From assembly GCA_965205265.1 (NCBI GenBank), contig CBDBGH010000003.1:736001-800000 (forward strand): a stretch of DNA of 64,000 nucleotides. The letters run 5' to 3'. The position numbers were made by a program, and so were the translations under genes. The stretch is from Alphaproteobacteria bacterium. GTDB lineage: Bacteria; Pseudomonadota; Alphaproteobacteria; Bin95. The notes under the pieces are model-generated. The model ran no database searches and was not told where the DNA came from. It was given only the letters and a program-made list of their open reading frames with translations. Positions 9,050 through 18,131 of the stretch are shown piece after piece (positions within the stretch are counted from its first letter, which is position 1; each line of letters opens with the position of its first letter).

Positions 9050-9574
9050 TCAGTCGTCCTGGGGCCGGAGGCTTTCCCTGAAGCGGGCCCGGTTGTCCAC
9101 ATACCACCGGTTCTGCTCGGCGAAGAAGGCGGACATCTCCGGCGTCACCTGCCGGACGACCCTGCCGGGAATGCCGACCACCAGGGAGTTGTCGGGAATC
9201 TCGGCGTTCTCGCGCACCATCGCCTTGGCGGCGACCAGGCAATTGCTGCCGATCTTGGCGCCGTTCAGCACCACCGCGCCGATGCCGATCACGCTGTTGT
9301 CGCCGACGATGCAGCCATGCAGCATCGCCATGTGGCCGACGGTGACATTGCGGCCGAGCACGAGCGGCGCGCCGGGGTCGGTGTGCAGCACAGAGCCGTC
9401 CTGGATGTTGGTCTCCTCGCCCACCTCGATGGGCTCGCAGTCGCCGCGCAGCACCGCGTTCCACCAGATCGAGGCGTTGCGCAGCACGCGCACGCTGCCG
9501 ATGCACACCGCGTTCGGCGCAATGAAGGCGCTCTCATGCGCCTCCACCCGCCGGTCTTCGAGGATGTATTTCAT
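9050..9574 (-). CDS. Gamma carbonic anhydrase family (hexapeptide repeat) protein
   Basis: VLRGD, TNIQDGSVLHTD, VTVGHMAMLHGC. Confidence 0.9.
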   Translation of the reverse strand: MKYILEDRRVEAHESAFIAPNAVCIGSVRVLRNASIWWNAVLRGDCEPIEVGEETNIQDGSVLHTDPGAPLVLGRNVTVGHMAMLHGCIVGDNSVIGIGAVVLNGAKIGSNCLVAAKAMVRENAEIPDNSLVVGIPGRVVRQVTPEMSAFFAEQNRWYVDNRARFRESLRPQDD

Positions 9575-9626
9575 GGGCCGGCATTAGAGCGGGCGAGGGC
9601 GGGGGGCGCAAGCGGGCGGGCGGCGG

Positions 9627-9778
9627 CGTTTCCGGCTTGACGCGCGCGCCCTTCAGGAGTGGGACCAGGGCCGGCGCGGGTGTTGCTCACCGTCATCGAC
9701 CGGGAGCCCGAGGCCGTGGTCAGGGCGCTCGGCGAGGAGGGAAATGAAGGACGGACGGGGCGTTCCCCAGCGTCATGA
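9627..9778 (+). pseudogene. Remnant of an Xre-family HTH antitoxin/regulator (YiaG/HigA-like)
   Basis: RFRLDARALQEWDQGRR in one frame continues as GPARVLLTVIDREPEAVVRAL in another; N-terminus missing. Confidence 0.62.
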
Positions 9779-9925
9779 GCAACACGCCGCCGGCATGAGC
9801 GGCGCGTTGGCGGTTGCGGGAGCGGGGATGCACAGGCGGAATGGCGTAGACAAGCAAATTGCATTCGACGGCTTTGGCCGCACGCCCCTATGGTATAGGG
9901 ATTGGGCGTTGGAGGGAGAGACGGC

Positions 9926-10114
9926 ATGAGCGCCGAAACCGAACAGTTCGCGACCAAAGCCGATCTGGCGTCTCTCGAGACGCGGATGGTCGACCGGATG
10001 GGGCAGCTTGAGGCGCGGCTGATGCGGGACATCGCCAATCATGACTGGCGGATGATCGGCGCAATGATCGCTATTGTCAGCGTGGCTGTCGCGGCGCTGA
10101 AATTGATTCCCTGA
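9926..10114 (+). CDS. Headless CCDC90/DUF1640-like coiled-coil tail-anchored mini-protein (62 aa)
   Basis: FATKADLASLETRM...LEARL then transmembrane IGAMIAIVSVAVAALKLIP; GGAGG RBS. Confidence 0.7.
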   Translation: MSAETEQFATKADLASLETRMVDRMGQLEARLMRDIANHDWRMIGAMIAIVSVAVAALKLIP

Positions 10115-10194
10115 AAGAGCGCGCCTCACGACCGATGCGCCGAATCGTCCGGCGAGGGTCCGGGGCGGCCCCCCGTTTCTGCGGGAGCGCCGGG

Positions 10195-11397
10195 TCAGCC
10201 GCCCACGATGTTGTGCTCCGGCCCGTAGGGGAAGCCGGTGATGTTCTCGGCCCCGTCCTCCGTCACCACCAGGATGTCGTGTTCGCGGTAGCCGCCGGCG
10301 CCGGGGCGGTCTTCGGGGATGGCGATCATCGGCTCCATGGATAGCACCATGCCGGGCTCCAGCACGGTTTCCACGTCCTCGCGCAGCTCCAGCCCGGCCT
10401 CGCGGCCGTAATAGTGGGAGAGCACGCCGAAGCTGTGGCCGTAGCCGAAGGTGCGATTTTCCAGCAGGCCGTAGCCTTGGTAGATGGCGTTGAGTTCGGC
10501 GGTGATGTCGCAGCAGCGCGCGCCGGGGCGGATGAGCGCAAGGCCCGCCTCATGCACTTCGACATTGATCCGCCAGAGCCTCAGATGCTCGTCGGAGCAC
10601 TCTTCGGCGAACAGCGTGCGTTCGAGCGCGGCGTAGTAGCCGGCCATCATCGGGAAGCAGTTGAGCACCATGATGTCGCCGCGTTCGATCCGCCGCGAGG
10701 TGACAGGGTTGTGCGCGCCGTCGCTGTTGGGGCCGGACTGGAGCCAGGACCATGTGTCCATGAGCTCGACATGCGGCTGGCTGCGGGCGATCTCGCGCAC
10801 CATGGCCTGCGTCGCCCGGAGCGCCACCTCATGCTCCGGCACGCCGACGGCGATGGCCTCGACGGCCGCCGCCCCGCCGATGTCGGCGATGCGCGCGCCC
10901 TCCTTGATCCAGGCGATCTCCTCCGCGGACTTCACCATGCGCATGGCCATGGCGGGCTTGCCGGCATCGACCAGCTCCGAGGTCGGCAGCGCGCCCTGCA
11001 GCTTGCGGAAGTTCTCGACGGTCAGATGGTCGAACTCGACGCCGACCCGCCGCCCGTCCGGGATGAGCGTCTTCACGGCGGCGAAATAGTTGTCCCGGTG
11101 CCAGTCGGTATAGACGAGATTGTTCCCGAAGGTCCGGCGCCCCGGCTGGCCGCCGTCCACATTCGGCGTGATCGTCGTCTGGCCGTCATGCGTGACGACG
11201 AGGCCGAAGGGGCGGCCGAAGGCGCAATAGAGGAAGTCGCTGAAATAATTGACGTTGTGATGGGAGGTGAACAGGCAGGCGTCGATCCGCTGCTCCGCCA
11301 TATGGGCGCGCAGCGCGGCGAGCCGGCGCTCCATCTCGGCAGCGGAGAATGTGGGGACGGCCTTCGCGCCGCCCCGGATCGTCTTGAGCTGTTCCAT
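10195..11397 (-). CDS. Creatinase (creatine amidinohydrolase, M24 fold)
   Basis: FSDFLYCAFGR, ELMDTWSWLQSG..DGAHNPVT, RTFGYGHSFGVLSHYYGREAGLELRED, GAGGYREHDIL are creatinase signatures. Confidence 0.92.
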   Translation of the reverse strand: MEQLKTIRGGAKAVPTFSAAEMERRLAALRAHMAEQRIDACLFTSHHNVNYFSDFLYCAFGRPFGLVVTHDGQTTITPNVDGGQPGRRTFGNNLVYTDWHRDNYFAAVKTLIPDGRRVGVEFDHLTVENFRKLQGALPTSELVDAGKPAMAMRMVKSAEEIAWIKEGARIADIGGAAAVEAIAVGVPEHEVALRATQAMVREIARSQPHVELMDTWSWLQSGPNSDGAHNPVTSRRIERGDIMVLNCFPMMAGYYAALERTLFAEECSDEHLRLWRINVEVHEAGLALIRPGARCCDITAELNAIYQGYGLLENRTFGYGHSFGVLSHYYGREAGLELREDVETVLEPGMVLSMEPMIAIPEDRPGAGGYREHDILVVTEDGAENITGFPYGPEHNIVGG

Positions 11398-11521
11398 CGC
11401 GGTTATCCCGAGCCTCGGTGAGCCGGCGGAGTGCAGCATGTTCGGGGCTTGCGGCAAAGGGGCCTCGACAAGTGCGGCCGCTGCTGCCATGCCGGCGCTT
11501 TGCCGCAGGGGGACGGGCCGG

Positions 11522-12724
11522 ATGCTGGACGAGTTCAACGGCGCGCGGATGGGGCATGCCGCGGGGCCCCGTCGCAGCGGGGACGCCGCAGACCGTGTGC
11601 TGACCGCCGCCGGTTTCGCGGACGCAGCGGCGGAGATTGCCGCGTGGGAGGGCTATGCGCCGACGCCGCTGTTCGGGCTGGACGGGCTCGCGGGCGCTCT
11701 CGGCCTCGCAAAGGTGCTCTACAAGGACGAGGGGCCGCGCTTCGGCCTCGGCAGCTTCAAGGCGCTGGGCGGGGCCTATGCGGCGCTGCTGGTGCTGCGG
11801 CGGGAGATCGCGGCGGCGCTCGGGCGGCCCGTCCCGCCGGCGGAAGTCCGCGAGGGCAGGCATGCGGACCTCGCGTCCCGGATCACGCTGGTGACGGCGA
11901 CGGACGGCAATCACGGGCGCTCGCTCGCCTGGGGCTGCCGGCGCTTCGGGGCCGCCTGCCGCATCTATATCCATGCCGGGGTGAGCGGGGCCCGCGCCGA
12001 GGCCATGCGCGCGCTCGGCGCGGAGGTCGTGCGGATCGACGGCAATTACGACGACTCGGTCAGGCTCTCCCGCGAGGAGGCGGAGGCGAACGGATGGTTC
12101 GCCGTCTCCGACACCTCCTGGCCCGGCTACACGGAGACGCCGCGCGATGTGATGGCGGGCTATGGCGCGATGGTGAAAGAGGTGTGCGATGCGCTCGACC
12201 GGCCGCCGACCCATGCCTTCCTGCAGGCGGGCGTGGGCGAGCTGGCGGCGGCCGTCGCCGCGGGCCTCCGCCAGCACTGGGGCGGGGCGTCGCCGCGCAT
12301 CGTCGTGGTGGAGCCGGAGCTTGCCGCCTGCCTGTTCGCAAGCGCGCGCGCCGGCGGCATGACGGATATCCGCATCGAGGAGGAGACGCTGATGGCGGGC
12401 CTCTCCTGCGGCGAGCCTTCGGCGCTGGCCTGGGAGATCCTGGCGGAAGAGGCGGGCGACTTCCTGACCGTGCCCGAGGCGTTCGTCGGCCCCGCCATGC
12501 GCCTGCTCGCCCGCCCGCTCGGCGGCGACCCGAAGATCGAGGCCGGCGAAAGCGCCGTCGCCGGTCTCGCAGCCCTCATCGCCGCCGCGCGGAGCGTCAC
12601 GCTGCGCCGCGCTCTCGGCCTGGACGGGGAGTCCCGCGTCCTGCTGATCGGCTCCGAAGGCGCGACCGACCCGGAGAGCTATGCCGAGATCATGGCCGCC
12701 GGCAGTGGGGGCGCGACAGCCTGA
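11522..12724 (+). CDS. Diaminopropionate ammonia-lyase family PLP enzyme
   Basis: YAPTPL, KDEGPRFGLGSFKALGGAYA, TATDGNHGRS, SDTSWPGY, VMAGYG, MAGLSCGEPS, AGESAVAGL, SEGATDP. Confidence 0.88.
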   Translation: MLDEFNGARMGHAAGPRRSGDAADRVLTAAGFADAAAEIAAWEGYAPTPLFGLDGLAGALGLAKVLYKDEGPRFGLGSFKALGGAYAALLVLRREIAAALGRPVPPAEVREGRHADLASRITLVTATDGNHGRSLAWGCRRFGAACRIYIHAGVSGARAEAMRALGAEVVRIDGNYDDSVRLSREEAEANGWFAVSDTSWPGYTETPRDVMAGYGAMVKEVCDALDRPPTHAFLQAGVGELAAAVAAGLRQHWGGASPRIVVVEPELAACLFASARAGGMTDIRIEEETLMAGLSCGEPSALAWEILAEEAGDFLTVPEAFVGPAMRLLARPLGGDPKIEAGESAVAGLAALIAAARSVTLRRALGLDGESRVLLIGSEGATDPESYAEIMAAGSGGATA

Positions 12725-12741
12725 TCGTCATTGCGGATCGG

Positions 12742-12927
12742 CTAACCGATAGCGGCGTCCGGCTCGTAAGCGTCGGGGTCGAACACATCGAACGCGCCCG
12801 CCTCTACCTCTCGCTTGGCGGCTTCGAGGTCCGCCTTCAATAAATCGAATTGATATGCGCCGTCCCGCTCCATCGCCAGACGAACGCCGGCGCGCTTCGA
12901 ACTGTTCATATTCCTGTATTTCTCCAT
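12742..12927 (-). pseudogene. Probable truncated ParD/CC2985-like antitoxin remnant
   Basis: KYRNMNSSKRAGVRLAME...LKADLEAAKREVEAGAFDVFDPD resembles the GRYxSxSEVxRAGLRL...L..G ParD pattern; AT-richer; no ParE follows. Confidence 0.42.
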
Positions 12928-12941
12928 ACCGGGAACCCGCG

Positions 12942-14948
12942 TCACGGGACGGCGGCGGGGCGGGAGCGGGCGCGGGCGAAGGCGATCAGGACGCCGGGCG
13001 CCGCCACGGCCACGGCGATCAGCGTGAGCTCCGTGTGCCCGACGCCGATCATGCCGCCGCCCGGCGCGGCGAGCGTGGCCCCGCCGAGCGCGAGCGACAG
13101 GCGCGCGGCCCAGCCGGGCGGCCCGCGTCCGACATCGCCGACCCCGACCAGGTAGCCCTGGAGGCCGACGCTGACCAGCAGGATGCCGCAGACGGCGGTA
13201 ATCAGCACCACGACCGTCTCCCCGGGCGCGCCCTGGAGCAGCAGGGCCGGGTTGAAGACGAAGAAGAACGGGATGACATAGATGACCGCGCCGATCCGCA
13301 TCGCCTCGAAGCCCGTCTCCAGCGGCTCGCATTTGGCGACCGACGCCGCGGCGAAGGCGGCGAGCGCCACGGGCGGCGTGATGAAGGACAGCATGCCCCA
13401 GTAGAGCACGAACATATGCACCGCCATCGGGTCCATGCCGATCTTGATGAGCGCCGGCGCGAGGATGATAGCGAGGAAGATGTATGCCGCCGTCACCGTC
13501 ATCCCCATGCCGAGGATGAAGCTGGTGACCGCTCCCATGAGGAGCAGGACGAAGGGCGTGTCGCCGGCGAGGTTGACGAGGTCGTTGGTGATCGACCCTG
13601 TCATGCCGGTGGCCTGGAGCGCGCCGACGACGAGGCCGACCGCCGCCAGCAGCCCGGCCAGCTCCGCCAGCAGGCCGCCGGTCGAGTAGATGTAGGTCTT
13701 GAAGGCGGCCCAGCTCAGCCGGTGGTTCCGGTTGAACTGGTTGACGGCCAGCAGCAGCAGGGTGGCGTAGAAGGGCGCCTGGGCCTCCCGCCAGAGGAAG
13801 ACCAGCAGGTAGATGAGCACGCCGAAGGCGGCGACGTAATACCAGCCGTCCCTGAAGACGGCGCCGAGGGTCGGGAGCTCCGAGCGGTCAAGCCCGACCA
13901 GCCGGTTCTGCGCCGCATAGGCGTCGATCTGCATGAACAGGCCGAGATAGTAGAGCAGCGACGGTACGAGCGCGGCGATGGCGACCGTCACGTAGGACAC
14001 GTCGAGGAAGTCCGCCATGACGAAGGCCGTGGCGCCCATGATCGGCGGCATCATCGTGCCGCCGGTCGAGGCGCAGGCCTCGATGGCGCCGGCGGTCTTC
14101 GGCCGCACGCCGATGCGCTTCATGGCGGGGATGGTGAGCGCGCCGGTGGTGAGCACATTGGTGATCGGCCCGCCCGACATGGAGCCGAACAGGCCGGAGG
14201 AGAAGATCGCCACCTTGGCCGGGCCGCCGCGCACATGGCCGAGCAGCGCGAAGGCGAGATTGATGAAGAACTGCCCGCCGCCCGTATAGACCAGCGCGTT
14301 GCCGAACAGGAGGAAGCCGAACACCAGCGTCGTGAAGGCGCGCATCGGGATGCCGAGCACGCTTTCTTCCGAATAGACGTGGTAGGACGCCGTCTCCATC
14401 ACCGTGCGCTCGACGGCGGCGTCCGGCACGATGACATTCAGATAGACCGGCAGGAAGGAGGCGATCAGGCACACGCCGAACACCGGCCAGCCCCCGGCGC
14501 GCCGCCCTCCCTCGAGGATCAGCAGCCACAGCGCGACGGCGAACCAGGGCGCATGCCAGGGCGCCAGGAAGGTCTCGGCCCAGATCTCCTCGTTGATGGC
14601 CTCGCCGTGCCAGGTGAAATAGGCGGTCATGACCAGCGTGAGCGCGAAGGCCGCGATGTCGTATAGCGGGACCTTGCGGCGAGGCGCCGATTTGTAGGCC
14701 GGCATGAAGATGAACAGCATCGCCAGCATCGAGCCGAGGATCAGATACATGTATTGCTGATCGACGAGGACGTGGCCGGTGACGTTCTTGAAGAAATTCA
14801 GGCGGAATATCTGGTTGGCCGCCAGCGCGACGGATATGGCGGTCAGCAGGAAGGCGACCGAGACCCACCAGCGCCCCGGGCTGCGATAGCGGGACAGTTC
14901 GAGGTCTTCGACCTCGCCGCCGGCTTCCGCGGCCGGTTTGTCGGACAT
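12942..14948 (-). CDS. TAXI-type TRAP transporter fused 4TM/12TM permease
   Basis: GGPAKVAIFSSGLFGSMSG, TGALTIPAMKR, AGAIEACASTGG, GMGMTVTAAY, SFITPPVA. Confidence 0.92.
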   Translation of the reverse strand: MSDKPAAEAGGEVEDLELSRYRSPGRWWVSVAFLLTAISVALAANQIFRLNFFKNVTGHVLVDQQYMYLILGSMLAMLFIFMPAYKSAPRRKVPLYDIAAFALTLVMTAYFTWHGEAINEEIWAETFLAPWHAPWFAVALWLLILEGGRRAGGWPVFGVCLIASFLPVYLNVIVPDAAVERTVMETASYHVYSEESVLGIPMRAFTTLVFGFLLFGNALVYTGGGQFFINLAFALLGHVRGGPAKVAIFSSGLFGSMSGGPITNVLTTGALTIPAMKRIGVRPKTAGAIEACASTGGTMMPPIMGATAFVMADFLDVSYVTVAIAALVPSLLYYLGLFMQIDAYAAQNRLVGLDRSELPTLGAVFRDGWYYVAAFGVLIYLLVFLWREAQAPFYATLLLLAVNQFNRNHRLSWAAFKTYIYSTGGLLAELAGLLAAVGLVVGALQATGMTGSITNDLVNLAGDTPFVLLLMGAVTSFILGMGMTVTAAYIFLAIILAPALIKIGMDPMAVHMFVLYWGMLSFITPPVALAAFAAASVAKCEPLETGFEAMRIGAVIYVIPFFFVFNPALLLQGAPGETVVVLITAVCGILLVSVGLQGYLVGVGDVGRGPPGWAARLSLALGGATLAAPGGGMIGVGHTELTLIAVAVAAPGVLIAFARARSRPAAVP

Positions 14949-15051
14949 GGCTCGGACGCCTCCCTTGCGCGGCGAAGACCGGGCGGGGCGGCCGGCGGCG
15001 GGGCCCGGGCGCTATCGCCCGGGGCCGTTCATCCGTCCGCCCCGGTCCGGA

Positions 15052-16200
15052 TTACCAGGAGGTGAAGACGGGATCGAAGCCGGCGTCGCTGAGCGCCTTG
15101 GCCCTCGATGCCTGCCATTCCTTCACGAAGTCGGCGGGCCCGCTCGCCACATGGGCCTCCCAGGCCTTCTTCAGGACCTCCTGGCGGCGCAGCTTGTCCT
15201 CCTGGTTCGCCTGGCCCTCGGCGGTCCAGGTGCCGGCCTCCTTGTAGAAGGCGATCGAGCCCGGATGCATCGGCAGGTAGAAATTGTAGAGCTGGCGGTC
15301 GAGCGCCCAGCCGTCCGCCGCCGGCGCGCCGTCCTTGTAGTCGTCGAAATGCGTCACCATCGCCTTGGTCAGGCTGTAGGCGATTTCGTCGGACACCGCC
15401 GTCGTGCCGATCAGGATGGGATAGATGCTGGCGATGGACTCCTGGCTTCCGCCCGGCACGCCGGGGCCGTGCGTGCAGATGCCCTGCACATACCAGGGCA
15501 CGACTTTCTGCACGCGCGCCCAGCCCTCGCTGTCGGCGTGCGGCAGCGGCGGGTGGTAAACGCCGCGCGGGCTCGCTTCCATCTTCTTCATGAAGGTCGA
15601 GCTCGACGAGGTGATCGAGGCGTCGATATCGCCGTCGATGATGCCGTTGATCGAGGCCGCCCAGCCGCCGACCTCGACCAGCTGCACGTCGTTCACGGTC
15701 AGGTTGGCGAAGCCGAGCAGCGCCTCGACGGCCTTTTGCAGCGCAGGCGAGCCCCGCACCCAGCCGATGCGCTTGCCCTTGAGGTCCGCCATGGTCTTCA
15801 CGCCCATGTCGTTCGCGACCGCGAAGGTCGTACAGCCCTTGCCGCGGTTGAGCATGAGAAGACGGACGGGCGACGGCCCCCATTTCTCGCCGCCGAAGGC
15901 GAAGACCGCCTCCTGCGCGTAAACGCTGTCGGAGCCGGTTGCGGTGAACTGGGCCTTGCCCGCCTTCACCGGCGCGAGACGCGCCACGTCGTTCTTGCCG
16001 GGAAGCACGCGGAGATTGACGTTGTAACGCTTCTTCAGCATGCCGCCGACGGCGATCATCTGGCTGTATCCGGTCGTGCCCGTGTTGTAGGCCGTGGTCA
16101 CGAGCGTATCCGGCAGCTTGACCTCTCCGGCATGGCCGGCGGAACCGCCCGCCATCGCGGCGGCGGCAAGCGCGGCAAGAAACGTCGCGGTTCTTCTCAT
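15052..16200 (-). CDS. TAXI family TRAP transporter solute-binding subunit
   Basis: Signal peptide, TAYNTGTTGY, RVLPGKNDVARL, DLKGKRI, PMHPGSIAFYKEAG; upstream of the fused permease. Confidence 0.88.
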   Translation of the reverse strand: MRRTATFLAALAAAAMAGGSAGHAGEVKLPDTLVTTAYNTGTTGYSQMIAVGGMLKKRYNVNLRVLPGKNDVARLAPVKAGKAQFTATGSDSVYAQEAVFAFGGEKWGPSPVRLLMLNRGKGCTTFAVANDMGVKTMADLKGKRIGWVRGSPALQKAVEALLGFANLTVNDVQLVEVGGWAASINGIIDGDIDASITSSSSTFMKKMEASPRGVYHPPLPHADSEGWARVQKVVPWYVQGICTHGPGVPGGSQESIASIYPILIGTTAVSDEIAYSLTKAMVTHFDDYKDGAPAADGWALDRQLYNFYLPMHPGSIAFYKEAGTWTAEGQANQEDKLRRQEVLKKAWEAHVASGPADFVKEWQASRAKALSDAGFDPVFTSW

Positions 16201-16309
16201 GGTCGGGTACTCCCCCTGATTGCGAGCCGGCATGCGCGGCTCCCCATTACACCGGGGACGGTCGCACTCTGCCATGTCCGGGTCAAGGCGAGCGGGCCGG
16301 GCCGTGCGA

Positions 16310-16975
16310 TCAGGAAACCGTCCGCGCCACGCGGTAGCGCCGCACATGCTCCGGCAGGGCCGTGCCGGGGTCCTGGCGGTCGTCGGGGATCGGCGCGCCG
16401 GGCGTTTTAGGCGCAAAGGGGATGACGCCCGCCCAGACAGGATGGCCGTAGTCCTCCTCGTCATCGACGGGGCCGCCGGCGCGCACCTTGGCCGCCGCCT
16501 CGTCGATGGGCATGCCGAGTATGGTCGTGGCCTTGATTTCCTGCTCGTTGATTTCCCGCAGCTGCTCCCATCGGCCGGGGAACATCTGCTCGACGAAGAT
16601 GCGCATGCGCTCGACCTTGTCCTCGCGGCCCGTGACCTTCTTCGCCGTGCCGAACAGCATGGCCGAGCGGTAGTTCACCGAGTGGTGCATGCCCGAGCGC
16701 GCCAGCACCAGCCCGTCCAGCTCCGAGACCGTCAGGCATACCTCAAAGCCCGCGGACCTTCGCAGCATCCGGCTGGCGGAAGAGCCGTGCCAGTAGATGT
16801 GGTCCCCCTCCCGCCAGTAGAGCGTCGGCGTGACCACCGGGGCGCCGTCCAGCACATAGCCGACATGCGCCAGCAGGCAGGCGTCGAGTATCTCGTAGAG
16901 GCTCTGCTTGTCGTAGCGCCCGCGCTCATATTTCCGGCGCAGGCGCGAACGGTTGCTGGGAGCGGTGGTGCGCAC
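16310..16975 (-). CDS. Pyridoxamine 5'-phosphate oxidase-like (NimA-type) flavin-binding protein
   Basis: ERGRYD, LAHVGY, YWHGSSASRM, DGLVLARSGMHHSVNYRSA, VWAGVIP. Confidence 0.87.
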   Translation of the reverse strand: MRTTAPSNRSRLRRKYERGRYDKQSLYEILDACLLAHVGYVLDGAPVVTPTLYWREGDHIYWHGSSASRMLRRSAGFEVCLTVSELDGLVLARSGMHHSVNYRSAMLFGTAKKVTGREDKVERMRIFVEQMFPGRWEQLREINEQEIKATTILGMPIDEAAAKVRAGGPVDDEEDYGHPVWAGVIPFAPKTPGAPIPDDRQDPGTALPEHVRRYRVARTVS

Positions 16976-17123
16976 TGGTCCTGTCCTTTCCTGCGGGCCC
17001 CGGTTCCGGCCAAGTTACGCGCCGCTGACCGGCCCCGGTCAAGCCCAATTGCGGCATGCGCCTTGAATGCGGGGCCGCAATTAGCGGAAACTGGCTCTGT
17101 CACTACCAACCGGGAACCTGCCC

Positions 17124-18113
17124 GTGACGGTTGCAAGACTGCCCGAGCCGGAAGAGCGAGCGGTGTCGATGCCGCCGGCCCTGCGGCGCGCTGCGGAAGC
17201 GGCGGTGCGCCGGGACCCGGAGGTTCTGGCGGTGGTGCTGTTCGGCTCCCGCGCGCGCGGCGACCACCGGTCCGACAGCGATTGGGACCTTGCGTTCCTG
17301 ACCGCGGGTGGCGCGACGGCCCGGCGGGCGCCGGAGGAGTTCGAGCCTCCTGCCGGCCTTGCGCTCGACTGCCTGCGGATACCGGTGGGCGAGCTTGCGC
17401 GCAAGGCGAATGCACTCGCGCATGTTTCCTGCCCGATCGTCCGCGAGGGCCGCCTTGTCGCCGGCGTCTGGGACCGGCCGCAACCCAGGGGAAAACCGGC
17501 GATGGAACCGGAGGAATACGGTAACTTCATCGGCAATGCGGTTCATTGCCTGGACAGGGCCGCCGCAGAAGCGGCGTCCGTTCCGAATCCCAATGGGCCT
17601 TTTTGGGACGCTATCGGTTGCAAGGACATGATCGGCTTGAGCGCCGATGGGGCCGAGTATCTTGCCAAGGCCATTTTGGGGCGTCTCGGCATCGGGTTCC
17701 GCCGGACGCATGACCTCGAACAGCTCGCGGGCCTCTTCGGTGAAGCCCATTCGGAACTCGCCGCCCGGGTGCGCGGGCTGAACGGTAGCAGCAGGCGCGA
17801 CCACATGGCGGCCTATGCGGCCGACTATTCGGCGGAGGATTGCTGGCGCGCAATGGACAGGCTCGCGGCTACGGGCGGGCTGCTGGCGGAGGAGTTGCGC
17901 GCCGCCCGGGCGGACGCCCGCTTCGCCGCTCTTGCCGGTGCGTTGGCCGGGGCTGCCGCTGCGATGCTTTCCGGCTGCGCGGGCGCCCTGCGGGAGGCCG
18001 ACGGAGCCGCCGCCTTGCCGGAAGGCTCCGCAGTTGCAGCCGTCGCCGGCGCGCGCCCGGCGCTCGCGGACGCCCTGGAGGACGCAGCGGCGGAGTTGCG
18101 CGGAACCGGGTGA
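17124..18113 (+). CDS. Fused minimal nucleotidyltransferase (MNT)-HEPN protein, copy 1 (start may be 17169)
   Basis: VLFGSRARGDHRSDSDWD (GS-x10-DxD) followed by AEYLAKAIL...RTHDLEQL (HEPN-like), then an Ala-rich helical tail. Confidence 0.75.
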   Translation: MTVARLPEPEERAVSMPPALRRAAEAAVRRDPEVLAVVLFGSRARGDHRSDSDWDLAFLTAGGATARRAPEEFEPPAGLALDCLRIPVGELARKANALAHVSCPIVREGRLVAGVWDRPQPRGKPAMEPEEYGNFIGNAVHCLDRAAAEAASVPNPNGPFWDAIGCKDMIGLSADGAEYLAKAILGRLGIGFRRTHDLEQLAGLFGEAHSELAARVRGLNGSSRRDHMAAYAADYSAEDCWRAMDRLAATGGLLAEELRAARADARFAALAGALAGAAAAMLSGCAGALREADGAAALPEGSAVAAVAGARPALADALEDAAAELRGTG

Positions 18114-18131
18114 GGCCGGCTTCCGCCGGAC

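Noticed and set aside
17046-17082. Inverted repeat AATTGCGGC...GCCGCAATT between divergent genes
   Set aside because: Only 9-bp arms; could be an operator but there is no supporting regulator or second copy.
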